Shown: positions 1 to 12,600 of the stretch, in pieces | How the letters are laid out: every line of letters begins with the position of its first letter | Numbering within the stretch: the first letter of the stretch is position 1 | Source: Mantamonas sphyraenae STR306 | Taxonomy: Eukaryota > Protista > CRuMs | Direction: 5' to 3' | NCBI GenBank assembly: GCA_026936335.1 | Contig: JAPMXV010000022.1 | Coordinates: 124,001 to 188,000, forward strand | Length of the DNA stretch: 64,000 bases | The notes under the pieces: model-generated | Told to the model about the DNA's origin: nothing | What the model saw: only the letters and a program-made list of their open reading frames with translations | Databases searched by the model: none | Translations under genes and position numbers: made by a program

Positions 1-3000
1 ATACCCGGAAGCCCAACCGGCCTACGCCATGCCCATGGCCAACAGCCCCTACCACCAAACACCCCAACCGCAGCATCCATACATGCAGCAGCAGTACATG
101 ACCTCGCCTGCAGTCCAAGTGGAGCAGCAGCAGCTCGAAGCGCTGAAGAAGATCAGTGAGATTCAAGCAAACGTACGTGGCCCACGCACCACGCACCACG
201 CACCACCCATCCACGCAGGAGCGCTCTCCATTTCCAATCATCCCCCTCATTCCTCATGGCTTGAAGCCACAACGTCACACACTCACACACTCACCCACAC
301 TGTACAACATCGTTCCACAGGCGCGCTCCATCGCGGCGTCAGCCAACTCTGCGGTGGAGGAGGCACAACGCAAGGCAGAAACGGAGCGACTGAAGCGGAA
401 GCTGGAGGACGCAGAGCGGGAAAAGTTTGAATGCGAATCGCGCTTGTCATTGCAGGTGCAGGAGCTGCAGGGCAAGAACAAGATGCTGAGCAAGCAGAAT
501 CACTGGTTGGAGCAGGAGTTGCAGGAAAAGAGCCACCAGGCGGACCAGCACCTGGGTCAGGTGGACATGCTGGAGAGCAACATTGCCCAATTGCAGAAGG
601 AACTGGAGCAGCGCAAGGAACACGTGGACACGCTGCGCAACAAGGTGCAGGAGTTGCAACTGGCCAAGCAGGCAGAGGTGGGCCAGAGCAGCAGTGCACG
701 CGAGGCATACCAGGAAATGGAACGCAAACTGAGCGAGGAGACGCGGAAGCGGTTTGAGGCGGAGGAAAAGGTGCATCGGGCGTCCATTGAGCTGGACCAA
801 AAGGTGCAGGAGTTGAACCGGGCCACGGGACACAACAAGGACCTGGAACACGCGGCGATGCAGCACGAGAGTGCGCTCAACAGGCTCAAGTACGAGTTGC
901 AACAAAAGACGAACGAGCTGGAGCGAGTGCAGATGACTGCCAACGAGCAGGCGCAACGCCTGGTCCAGTTTGAGGGCGTGCAGGCCACGGCGGAACGCAC
1001 ACGCTTGGAACTGGACGAAATGAGCAAACGGTTCCGTTTGGCGGACCGTGAGAGGTCGCAACTGGAGGCAACGTTGCAGGAGGTGCAGCGGGATTTGGAG
1101 CAGGCGCGCGGCAGCGGCAAGAACACGCTGGCCAAGCTGAAGGCCAAGGAGCGTGCACACGAAACGGAGGTGAAGGAGCTGCAGCGTGAGCTGGAGCAGA
1201 CGCGCACGGACGGCGAGGCGGCGCTGCGGGAAAAGAGCGCAGATTTGAACCGTGCCACCGAGCGTCTGCGGGTGCTGGAAAAGAAGGTGGACACGCTGAC
1301 TGCGGAAAAGGTGCAGATGGAGCGGGAGATGATTGTGATGCACAACGGCAAGAGCGATGCAGAGCGACAGCGGCAGGAGATGGAGCGCAAGCTGCGCGAG
1401 GCTGTGCAGAAGCGCGAAAAGGCGGAGCAGAACCAGCGCATGGCCGAAGAGCAGCTGAGGCAGAAGGGCACTGCGTTGCAAGAGTTGCAGATGCAGCTGA
1501 GCAAGGCAGGGGTGGCGTCGAAGCAGAGTGAACGGGACGCAGCCAACAAGTTGGAGAAGCTGACGCAGGAGGCTGCACGTGTGCGCAAGGAGATGGAGAG
1601 CAAGCTGTTGGGACGCAGCCAGGAGGTGGATCAGCTCACCGCCAGCGTGGCGCAGCTCACACGGCAGCGTCAGCAGGAACGTGAACGCCTGGCCAAGCTG
1701 GAACAGGACAACCGCGTGTTGAAGGAACGTGCCCAACAGGAAGAAGGCAACGCGTCGCAGCTGGCCGACGTGGTTGCCCAGCTGGACGCACAGCTCAAGG
1801 CCAAGGAGGGCGAGCTGGCACGCGTCAGCAACACGGTGAACGAACTGGTGCTTGTCAGGCAGCAGGAGGCGGCCCAGCGATGGCAGCTGCAGGAGGAGCT
1901 GAACAACAGCAGCACGCGGCTGGACAGCGAGGAGAGTGCGCGCCGCGAGGCGCAGGAGGCTGTGGAGGAGGCACGTCGTGAGACCACGCGTGTCACAGAC
2001 GCACTGGCACGTGCGGACAAGGAAAAGGCGGCACTGCAGGCTCAGGTTGATGAGAAGCAGGCAGAGTTGGAAAGCGAACAGCAGGCGCTGAGTGCAGCGA
2101 ATGCCAAGCTGAGCAAGGCGGCCAAGGATCTGAAAAAGGCAAAGAAGCTGATCAACAACCTGAAGACGGCGCACGAAGAGCTGCGCACGGAGCGCGACGA
2201 GGCGCACGCGCGTGCGGAGCAGCATGCAGAGCACAAGGAGCGCAGCCAGACGGAAGTGGAGTCGTTGAACCGCAAGCTGGAATCGTTGGAGGACACCATG
2301 CAGATGCGAGAGAGGGCCATGAGTGTTATGAGTGCTTTTGATGGCATGTCACAGTTTGGCGACGACATGCCAGGGTCGCCGAGTGCGTTTGTGCGCACGC
2401 TGCCGACGAGCAGCAGCCAGGCGAGTGGCATCAGCGCACAGCAGCACCGTGCGCTGGAGGAGGAGCTGCGGACAAAGGAGGACGAGGTGGAGGCGCTGGA
2501 ACGCAAGGTGCGCACCTTGGAGGAGGAGGTGCGCAAAGCCAAGGCGAGCGCTGCGGATGCGGCGAGTGAGATCGAGCGCATGGAGCAGGAGCATGCGGCG
2601 GCGGTGCAGAACAAGCGCAGGGAGGTGGAGAAGCTGCGCAAGGCGTTGCAGGACAGGGAGGAGAAGCTGTCGAAGCACAAGGAGAAGCACACGCAGCAGT
2701 TGCAGTTGGTGCGTCAGCAATCGGAGTTGGAACTGAACCAGACGCGTGACTCGCTGGAGCAGCAGATCCAACGGGTCAAGGGCGAGCACGAGACGGCGCA
2801 CGGACACGCGACGTCGCTCAAGGGTCAACTGGAAGAGTTGCAGAAGGAGCTGGCTCGCGAGCGAAAGGAGCACGAGCGTGCGAGCAAGGCCTTGGAAAAG
2901 GAGTGGAAGGGCAAGGTGGAGGCGGTGGAGGAACAGCTGAAGAACGCAAACAAGGCTCGCATGGAACTGGAGCTGGAGGTCAAGTCGCACCAAAGCACAA

Positions 3001-6000
3001 TTGGCGAGAAGGAAAAGGCTGTGGGCGAGCTGGAAAAGTCGCTGCATCGCAAGGTGCAAGAGTTTGACCTGCACCGCACAGAGAGCAAACAGAGCATCGA
3101 CTCGCTGGCGGAGAAGCTGGGCGAGGTGGACCGAGAGCGTGCAGAGAAGGAGCAGGCGATGAAGAACATGCACGAAAGCCACGGTGAGGCACTGCGCAAG
3201 ATGAAGAGCATCCAGCAGATGCGACAGAACAAGCTGAAGAAAGAGCACGAACGGGCCATGGAAGAACTCAAGTCCAGCCTGCAGAGTCAGCTGGAGGAGG
3301 AAAAGGCGCGTGCGCGACGCGGCGAGGACGAGGCGGCACGTCTCAAGGCTCGCTTGGAAGAAAGCGAGTCGGCGCTGGCCAAGGAGACGGAAACACTGCG
3401 TCGCGAGGTGGAAAAAGCGGAGCAGGATCTGGAAAAGGCGCGTGGGGCAAACGCACAGGCGCTGAAGGCACACAAGGAGGACGTGACACGACGCAACGAG
3501 GACCTGAAGAAGGAGCGCGAAAAGGTGGCCGAGCTGGAGAAGCTGCTGAAACAGCAGGAGAATCGCATTTCGTCGCTGCGCGTGTCGTCGAGCGAAGAAA
3601 AGCAGAAGTTGAAGGCGACGATGGAGAGTGTGGAGAAGGAGAAGAAGGAGCTGATCACGCGACAGAACACAGAGGTGGAGAAGCTGAACACACGCATCAA
3701 CCGGCTGCGCGACGAACACTCGCGCGAGCGGCAGCTGCAAAGGTCCAACTCGCAGATGGAGATGGACCGGCTGAAGCAAGACATCGAGTCGCAAAAGGCG
3801 CAGGTGTCAAAGGAGATGAACAAAGCGGTGCGGGAGAAGGAAAAGGAGCTGGTGGCAGCAAACAAGAAGCTGCTGGAGACGAAGCAGCAGCTGTCGCGCA
3901 AGAAGAAGGAAATGGTGGCTGCAGCGAAGCAGGCGGAGCTGGAGCAGCTGGAACTGCAGCGTGCGCTGGAGGAGCAACACCTGGAGTCGCAGGAGCGAGG
4001 CAAGCTGCTGGAGGAGCTGGCGGGTCTTGTGGAGGAGATGAAGCAGAAACACGAGGCGTTGAAGGCGCGTATGGACTCGACGGTGGAAAAGAGCTCTGCG
4101 GACGTGGCCAAGGCGGTGGAAGCACATCAGCGCTCGCAAATGGAAATGCACAAACAGCTGGAATCGATGCAGAAGGAGCACGAGCGCAAGACGACGTCGA
4201 TGACGGCGAACCTCAAGGCGGAGCTGATGGAAAAGGGAGTGGAGGAGCGCAACCAACTGCTGCAGGAGCACCAGGCGGAGTTGAGGGAGGTGGAGGCACG
4301 CGTGGAAGCGGCTCGTGCGGAAACAGAGGCGGCACGTGCCGAGAAGGAGGAGGCGCTGAAGGCACAGGCGGCGCTGATGCGTCAAGAAGTGGAGGCAGCC
4401 AAGGCACAGTTGGAAGCACGCAAGGGAGAGGTGGCAGCAATGGAGAGAAAGATGGAGGAGACAGAACGCAGGTCGCAGGCGGCAGTGAGCAAGCTGGAGA
4501 GTGCTCTGGAAACAGTGCGTGCAGAGGGAGAGCGTAAGCTGGAGGAAAAGAGCAACGAGGTGTTTGCGCTGATGAAGCGGCTGAACAAAGTGGAGGCGGA
4601 CGGCCTTCAGGAAAACCGAAAGCACCAGGACTCGCTGAGTCGCACAAAGCTGGAGATCGAACAGATGGTGTCGCTGAAGGACGACGAGATCCAGGAGCTG
4701 AAGATGCGCGAGGCACACCTTACGCAGAAGCTGGAGTACGAGACGCGCAACTTCCACGAGGAGGAAGGGCGGATCAAGGAGACTCTGGGGGAGCGACTGC
4801 GCACCAAGGAGGAGGAGGTGGCAGAACTGAAGAGCAAGGTGCGTGAGCTGGAGCAACGTCAGACGCAGATGTTGCATTCGGATTCACAGCGTGTGCAGGA
4901 GGTGAAGCAGGAGAACGAGGGCAAGATGCGTGAGCTGAACTTTGTGGTGGAGGATTTGCGCAAGCAGGTGTCTGGGCTGGAGCGGCAGCGTGCAGAGGAT
5001 GCACGTGAGGCAGCGACGGCGATGGCCAAGGCGACGCAGGATCTGGAGTTGAAATTGCGTGAGAAGGGCTTTGAGGAGCGCAGCCAAGCGCAGAGGATCA
5101 ACGAATTGGAAAACCAGCTGCGACGCCAGGAGAGCGAACACGGAGAAGCCGAGGCGCGGCTGGCGGGCAAGCACGCGGTGGAGCTGAAGGAGAAGAGCAT
5201 TGCGTTGGAGAATGTGGAACGACGTCTGCAGGAAGCGCGTGAGAAGCACAGCACGGAGGTGCGCGAGCTGACGGTGGCGCTGGAGCGGGCAAAGGAGGAA
5301 GGGGAAGTGAGCAGGAACGCACACCGACGTGAGGCGGAGAGTGCACAGGCGCAGCTGCGAGAGTTGGAAATGGCGATGGCAGTGGAGAAGCAAAAGGCGG
5401 CGTCGGTGTTGGAAAAGACTGCGAATCAGCTGCAGAGCCGTGTGGATGCAAAGGAGCATGAGTTGGAGCGTGTGCGCAGCAAGCTGGAAGACGAAGCGAA
5501 GCTGGTGGCCAAGGAGCACGAGCGACGCGTGGAGGAGCTGGAGAAGCAGATTGCTGGGTTGGAGCGACAGGTGCGTGAGAGCGGCGACCGCAACGAGGTG
5601 TTGGCACGTGAGAGTGCAGCCGAGAGCAAGGCGTTGGAGGGCCAGGTGCAACGACTGGTGGAGGAGAAGAAGGCGAGCGAGGCACGCGTGGCAGACATGA
5701 TGCGGGACATCCAGGATTTGCACCTTGCTCTGAGCGAGGTGGGCAAGGCCCGGGAAATGGAGGGACGGGAGGCGGCGTGGGCGCTGGAGTCGCTGCGCAA
5801 GGATCTGGAATCGCAGCTGGAGAGCAAGGCAAACGAAACGAGCATGCTGAGCGACCAGGTGAAGAGCATCGGGGCACGCAGCGAGGCAGAGTTGGAGAAG
5901 CGTGCGCGAGAGGCAGGGGCGGCGACGGAAAAGGCGGAGCGTGCGTTGGAGGAGTGTCGTCGCGAGCTGACGTTTGTGAAGGAGCAGAGCGCACGTGTGG

Positions 6001-9000
6001 AGAGCGGCCTGAAGGAGGAGGTGCGTGTGCTCAACGACAAACTGGACAGCAACGCACGCGATTTCGTGGCACGGCTGGAGGCGAAGCAAAACGAACTGCT
6101 CAAGGTGTATGCACAGGTGGCAGAGGCGGAAAAGGCGCACGGGGAAGAGATGCAAGCGCTGTCAAAGGAGCACAGCGAGGCGCTGGCAGAGGCGGAAGAA
6201 CGCCTGCGGGCCAAGGTGCAAACAGTGAATCAGCTGGCGGAACGCGTGCAGGCGGCGCAGCGCAAGGCAGCGCAGGATGCGGCGGCGGCTGTGGAACTGA
6301 ACAAGGCGCTGCGTGAGAAGGAGGCTCTGGTGCTGGAAAAGGACATGGCCATGCAGGCTGCGGCTACGGCGGCACAGTCGGCGCAGGCGGAGCACGAGCG
6401 AGAGGTGCGACGGCTGATGGAGGAGCGAGAGCGTGCACGCGGGGAGGCACAGGCACGCGAGGTGCGTGCGCGACAGGAGGCTGCAGAGGCGGCGATGCGT
6501 GGGGACGAGGCGGCACGTGCCAAGGCGGAAGAGATGCGTGCGGCGGCAGCGGAGGCGGAGCGTGTGCGGCGTGAACTTGCGCGTGAGTTGGCAGAGACGC
6601 AGAAGGAGCTGCAGGCGGTGCAGCTGAAGTTGGACGAAACCAAGATGCGCTACGAGGTGGAGGTGAGTGCGAAGAAGGAGGCGCTGGTGAACCGGGAGCA
6701 GCAGAGCGAGTGGGAGTCGGCACGCAAGCGGGAGGAGTTGGAACGTGCGGTGGCGGCGGTGGAGGAGAGGGAGCGTGCGGCGCGGGAAGAGGTGCGTGCA
6801 CGTGAAGCGGCTCTGGAGCGGATGCAGGAGAAGCTGGAAGAGCAGCGTGTGGAGGCGTCGCGTGTGGAGGCAGGGCTGCGAGAGGAGATTGGGCGTGAGC
6901 GACTGCGTGTGATGGAGGTGGAAAAGAGCAAGCTGGCGGAGGTGGCGGAGGTGAAGGAGAAGCTGATGGCGCAGCAGCGTGCGCAGGAGGCACAGCTGGA
7001 GGCGTCTGCGGAGCGTGTGGTGGAGGAGAAGCAGAGGCAGTTGAAGGCGATGGAGGTGGCACAGGGCCAGTTTGAACGGGAGGTGAGCAAGCTGGAGGTT
7101 GCGTTGGCACGCAAGGAAGAGGAGCAGAACGCCATGTTGGCCAAGGTGCAGGAGTTGCGGGAGGTGATGCAGAGCATGGAGAGGGAACACCGGGAAGAGG
7201 TGGCGGAACTGCGTGCACAGATGGAGCGTGTGCGTGGGGAGATGGGCGCACGTGTGGCAGCCGCGGAGGAGGCGCGTGCGAACGCTGTGCGGGAGGTGAA
7301 GGAAACGATGGGCCAGCTGGTGGGTCAGAAGGAAGGGGAGGTGGACAGCCTCAAGGCGTTGCTGGCGGCCATGCGTGAGGAGAAGGAGGGACTGAACAGG
7401 ACGACAGACTCGCTGCTGGCCAACGTGGAGTCGTCACAGAGCGTGCGGCAGGCGGAGGTTGCGGAGGTGCGCAGCCGACTGCGGGAGACGGAGGAGAAGC
7501 GTGCGTCGGAGGTTGCGGCGCTGCGTGCACAGATGCAGGAGGCAAAGGAGCGTGCAGAGAGTTTGTTGAGCGACAAGACACGGGAGGTGGTGAGTGCACA
7601 CCGCAAGATGGCCAAGATGGAGTCGGAACGGAACAGGGAGCGTGCAGAGGCGGAGAGCAGGTTTGCCAGCGTGGTGGGCGAGCTGGAACGCAAGCTGGAA
7701 GAGGCAAAGGAGAAGGTGGCGGAGGAAAGAGCGCGTGTGCAGGAAGCAAAGGAGAACGGAGCACGGGAGGCGGAGCGTGTGCGTGCGAGCATGGAAGAAC
7801 ACGCACGAGAGCTGGAACGAGAGGTGGCACGTGAGCAGCGTGCGGCGTTTGTGCTGGAACAGAAGCTGGAGCAGGCCAAGGTGGCGCACGGACAGGAGTT
7901 GCGGCTGGCGGAGGAGCGTGTGGAGAACGTGAAGCGGGCGTACGAAAAGGAGCTGGAAAGCAGGGGCCACGAAACGGAACGGCTGCAGGGACGGCTGGCG
8001 GCGGCGGCGTCGGAGGCAGACAAACACCTGCGTGAGCAGCAGGAGGCGTGGGCGGAGGCACGACACATGCTGGAAGAGGAGGTGGACACGCTGAAGCGGC
8101 AGTACGCGGAGCAAGTGGGCCTTGTGCGTGCGGCAGAGGAAAAGGGGCGACAGAGCGAACGGGAGCTGCGACACGAGATGGATGTGCTGCGTGGGGAGAT
8201 GGAAAAGCGTGTGGAGGAAGCGAAACGGGAGGCGGAGAGACTGCGTGAGGAGGTGGCAGCGGCACGGAATGAGGCAGAGATGGTGCGCAAGGAGAGTGAG
8301 TTCCAACTGCGTGGCCTGCAGGAGGGCAGGGATGCGCTGGCAGCGCAGGCTGCGGCTGAGGCGGAGCGACTGCGGGAGGAGATTGGCAAGGCGCGGGCAG
8401 AGACGGCGCGTGCGGAGGAACGAGGGCGCAAGGAGGTGGAAGCGGTGGAAAAGGCGCTTCGGAAGGAGGTGGAGCGTGAGGAGCGACGGGTGACAGAGGT
8501 GAAGAGTGAACTGGCGGGGCTGGAGCGACGTACGCGGGAGGAGGCGGAGCGCGCGGAGCGAGCGGCGGAGGAGGCACGACGAGAGTGGGAAAAGCGACTG
8601 GAGACGAGGAGCAGCGAGTTGGCGAGTGTGCAGGCGCGTCTGGAGGCGGTGCAGGCGGAGTATGCGCGTGAGGCACGCCGTGTGTCGTTGGAGGCGTCGA
8701 GTACGGCCAGCGGGCGAGAGGAGCGGGAGAAGGAGAGGAGTGGGGAGATGCGACGCATGGAGGCGGAGGTGAGACGGTTGGAAAAGGCGTTGCAGGAGGC
8801 ACAGGAGAAGCGAGAACGCGGGGAGTGGCAGGCAAAGCAGGAGTTGGAATTGAAGGCAAGCGAGGTGCGCGCGTTGCAGGCGCAGCTGGCAAGTGTGCAG
8901 ACGAGGTTGGTTGAGGCGGAGCGGGAGGCAGAGACGGAGAGTGGAAGGGTGCGTGAGCTGACGCAGCGGCTGGATGCACAGGTGAGGCGGGAGGCGGAGG

Positions 9001-9557
9001 AGAAGAAGCGTACGCACACACAGCTGGAGGAGCTGCAGAGGAGGGCGGACGCAGAGGTGGAGGCGCTGAAACGAGAGCGGGAGGCAAGCACACAGGAATG
9101 GGCAGGCGCAAGTGTGGTGCTGGAGCGTGAAATCCGTGCGCTGGAACAGGCGCGGCAGGTGCTTGTGGAGAAGCATGCGACGGAGCTGACGATGGTGCGC
9201 AACGAACATGCGACGGTGGTGGCACGGATGGAGGCGGAACACGAGCGTGCACTGCGTGTGGCGCAGGAAAAGGGAGTGGCTGCGGTGGAGGCGGCCAAGG
9301 CAGAGTGTGCGACGAGACAGAAGGAAACGAAGGAGGAACACAGACAGGCGGTGAAGGAGCTGGAGGAGAGGCTGGGTGAGATGCGCATGGAACACGAGGA
9401 GAGGCTGCTGGAGGAGCGGCGTGCGCATGACAGGGACCTTCGCGAACAGGAGGAGGCATTGGAGCGGAAGTTGCGGGAGGTGCAAAGGGCCCACGAGGTG
9501 CAGGTTGCGGCATTGGAAGCCAGGGTGGGTGGTGGTGGTGGTGGTGGTGCAGAGTGA
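1..9557 (+). CDS. Giant coiled-coil protein A (>=3,135 aa, possibly 5'-partial); exons <1-172, 321-9557
   Basis: The Q/P-rich frame (ORF 29..430) is open to the window edge. A phase-0 intron 173-320 (GTACGT...CCACAG, CA-rich) joins it to ORF 156..9557. The rod is E/K/Q/R/A/L-rich, with prolines essentially confined to one hinge (~2319-2435). No motor or globular domain is visible. Confidence 0.85.
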
Positions 9558-9634
9558 TGAGGAGATGGTACAGGAAGGGAGGAAGGGTTGCGTGCGCCCA
9601 TCAATGCAAGACATCTTTAGTGACGAGCATTTCG

Positions 9635-12600
9635 ATGTCGTCGTCAAGTCCTTTCGCCAAGTCGGTTCCCCCGAGGCGGACGACACAAGAAGGCAGTACC
9701 AACAGCAGCAGCGGTGGTGGCAACGTCGGAAGCGACGGAGCTGGCAACGTGAGCAGCACAAACACAAACACAAGCACATTGAACACAACAACAACGGGCC
9801 GAGGGCTGAGCGTGGGGATTCCCGCGAGCAGCTCGACGCCACGACGCACGTACTCGAACAGCAGAGTGACGTCGACGCCACAGTTTAGCCTGGCATCTCC
9901 ACAGACACCGCGGGTAAGGGATGAGGGAGGCGAGAGGGCATGTGTGTGGGCAGGGGCCAACGGGGGCCGTGGAACGCGAGAGGCTGACGCGGGAAACCCT
10001 CAGCGCGACACGCAATCGCTGCAGCGGGCGCTCTCAGAGACGCGCAAGGCGCTGGGCCGGTATCGAGAACAGCAGAACAACGGCAATGGGAGCGGAATGG
10101 GCCTGGGGTTGAACCTCGGGACAGGATTGTCCCTGCGCGAAGGCCTGGGCGAGGGCCGAAGCCCGACACCGCCGACGCGGGAAAGCGATGTGGATGGCGG
10201 CGTGCGAGGAGGAACGGGCCGTGGGACACCGGTGCGAGTGGGAAGCAACCTGAGCACGTCGTCGCTGATGGCAGAGCGCGTGAGCGAAGAGCTGGCGAGC
10301 AGCAACAAGAAGGCGCTGCTGGAGAAGGAGGCCGAGGTGGAGCGCATGAAACGCGCTCTGCGCACCTCCGAGCGGCAGCTGGTGAGGGAGAAGAGCACTT
10401 CGGAGCACGAATTGTCCCAACTGGACGCCAAGGTGTCCTACCTGACCGAGAAGAACAAGGCAGCGGCGGCGGAGCTGGAACGCGTGCTGGAGAGCCACGT
10501 ACGTGCCTTTTCCCTTGAAAGCCCACCAATCTGCAGAGAGATAGAGAAGAGGCATGCGGCTAACACGGGCAAACGCGGCCATGGTCCCATGCCACACCCC
10601 ACTTCCCCGCACCACCACACACATACGCACATGTACACACAGGATGCGGAGCTGAGCGAGGTGCACAGCCAATTGCGTTCGGTCAAGGGCCAGCTGAAGA
10701 GCGTGCAGGCGAGCGAACGTAGCCAACGTCAAGAAATTGACAAGCTGACAAAGCGGCAACAGAGCCTGAGCAGCAAGCTGGAACGGGAGAGGCTTGTGAC
10801 AGCCAACCAAACAAGCGAAATTGGACGTCTGGAGAAGGCGCTGAGCGAAGTGACAAACGCAGGCAAGCGTGAGCAGAGCGAATTCAAAACGCGTGTGCGG
10901 CAGCTTGAACAGCAGCTGTCCAGTGAGCAGCAGGACGTGGTAAGTGCAGCAAAAAATGTGGAGCCCGTTGCGAGGATGGGCATGGGCAATGTCCAATGAT
11001 AGGGGAAGGGGGAGATGGGACATTGACACGGGGAATGTCACCAAACACGGCAGCTTGCGCTGAAAACACAGTTGGCGGAGGCAGAAGCGGTGCGTGTCAA
11101 GTACCACGAGCTGCAGACAGAGTACAGCCAATCGCTGGTGGCCATCACACGGCTGAAGGAGAACAACAGTGCGCTGAACGAACAGGTGGAGGCGCTGGAG
11201 AGGCAGCTGCGACGGGCGCAAGACGAGTCGCGGCTGCACGCAAGTGCGCTGGAACGATCGCGTGTGGAGCTGGGCAACGAGTCGTTGCTGCGCTCGCGTG
11301 CGCAAGAGTCGGAGAGCAACAGCCAGAGTGCATACATTGCGCAGCTGGAGAGCGAACTTGGCACGCTGCGCAAGAACAAGGCGCAGGTGCTGAACGAACG
11401 CGACGAAGCGGAACGCATGCATCACAACGCAAGCATGGAGGTGACACTGTTGCAGAAGCAGCTGCAGGAGCTGGAGGCCAAGTTTGTGGAGTGCTCCAAG
11501 GCCAAGGGCAAGGCGGAGAGCAGCTGTGCCGAGCTGGAACGGCGTCTGTCGGTGCGCAACGAAGAGGTGCAAGGCTACCTGGAGAACATCAGCGCACTGA
11601 AGCAACGTCTCAAGGACCAAGCTTTCGCGGCGGAGATGGAGCTGAAAAAGACGACGAGCAAGCTGACGGCAGAGGTGCAGACGGCAGAGAAGATGGCTGC
11701 GCAGCACAGGTCGGAACACAAGACGGTCAGTGCGGCGATGGCCGAGCTTGAAATCCGTCTGCACGACACAAAGACGGTGTTGAGCAAGGCGGAACGCAGC
11801 AACCGAGACCTGCAGTCGCGGCTGGAGCAGGAGGCGGGGACGAAGGAGCAGCTGACGTCGCTGACCAAGGAGCTGGAGTTTGAGGTGACGAGCAAGAACG
11901 CAGAGGTGATGCGTCTGACCCAGACGGTGAACGAGCTGGTGATGGCGCGCCAACACGACAACAACAGTCTGGCGTCTGTGGTGGGCGAGCGCGAGGATCT
12001 GGAGCAGGCGTTGCACGACGAGCGGCTGAAGAGCGAACGGCTCCAGTCGGCGCTGAAGGAGTACGACATGAAGCTGGGCGCAGGAGCGGTGGATGCGGCC
12101 GTTGCAGATCTGACCACTCTCAAGACAGACCTGCAGCTGAGGCTGGAGGCGGCGGAGCGGTCTGCGGAACAGTTGCGCAGCTCGAACGAAACGCTCGCGC
12201 AGGAGACCCGCAGCCGCGCAGACGACTTGCAAGAGTTGCGCGAGGACTACGAGGCGTTGCGCACGGAACACGCGCAGACAAAGCATGAGCTGGAGATGCT
12301 GGAGCAGAGGTACAAGGAGACGGCTGACAAGGCCGAGACACTGGAGCGCGAAAACAGCCAGCACACCGAGTTGATTGAGCGCATGCGAGACTCCAAGGCG
12401 GAGCTGGAAAAGAACTTTTACCTGGAGCAGCAGTTGCGCAAGGCAAGCGAGAACGAGCGCACAAACGCAGAGCAGGCGCTTGTGGGGCGACAGGACGAAA
12501 TCGAGTCGCTGAACCGCAAGATTGCCACGCTGGAGATGTCGCGATCGCAGGGTGAGCTGCAACAGACGAGCATGCTGGACAAGATGCAGGCAGAGACGCA

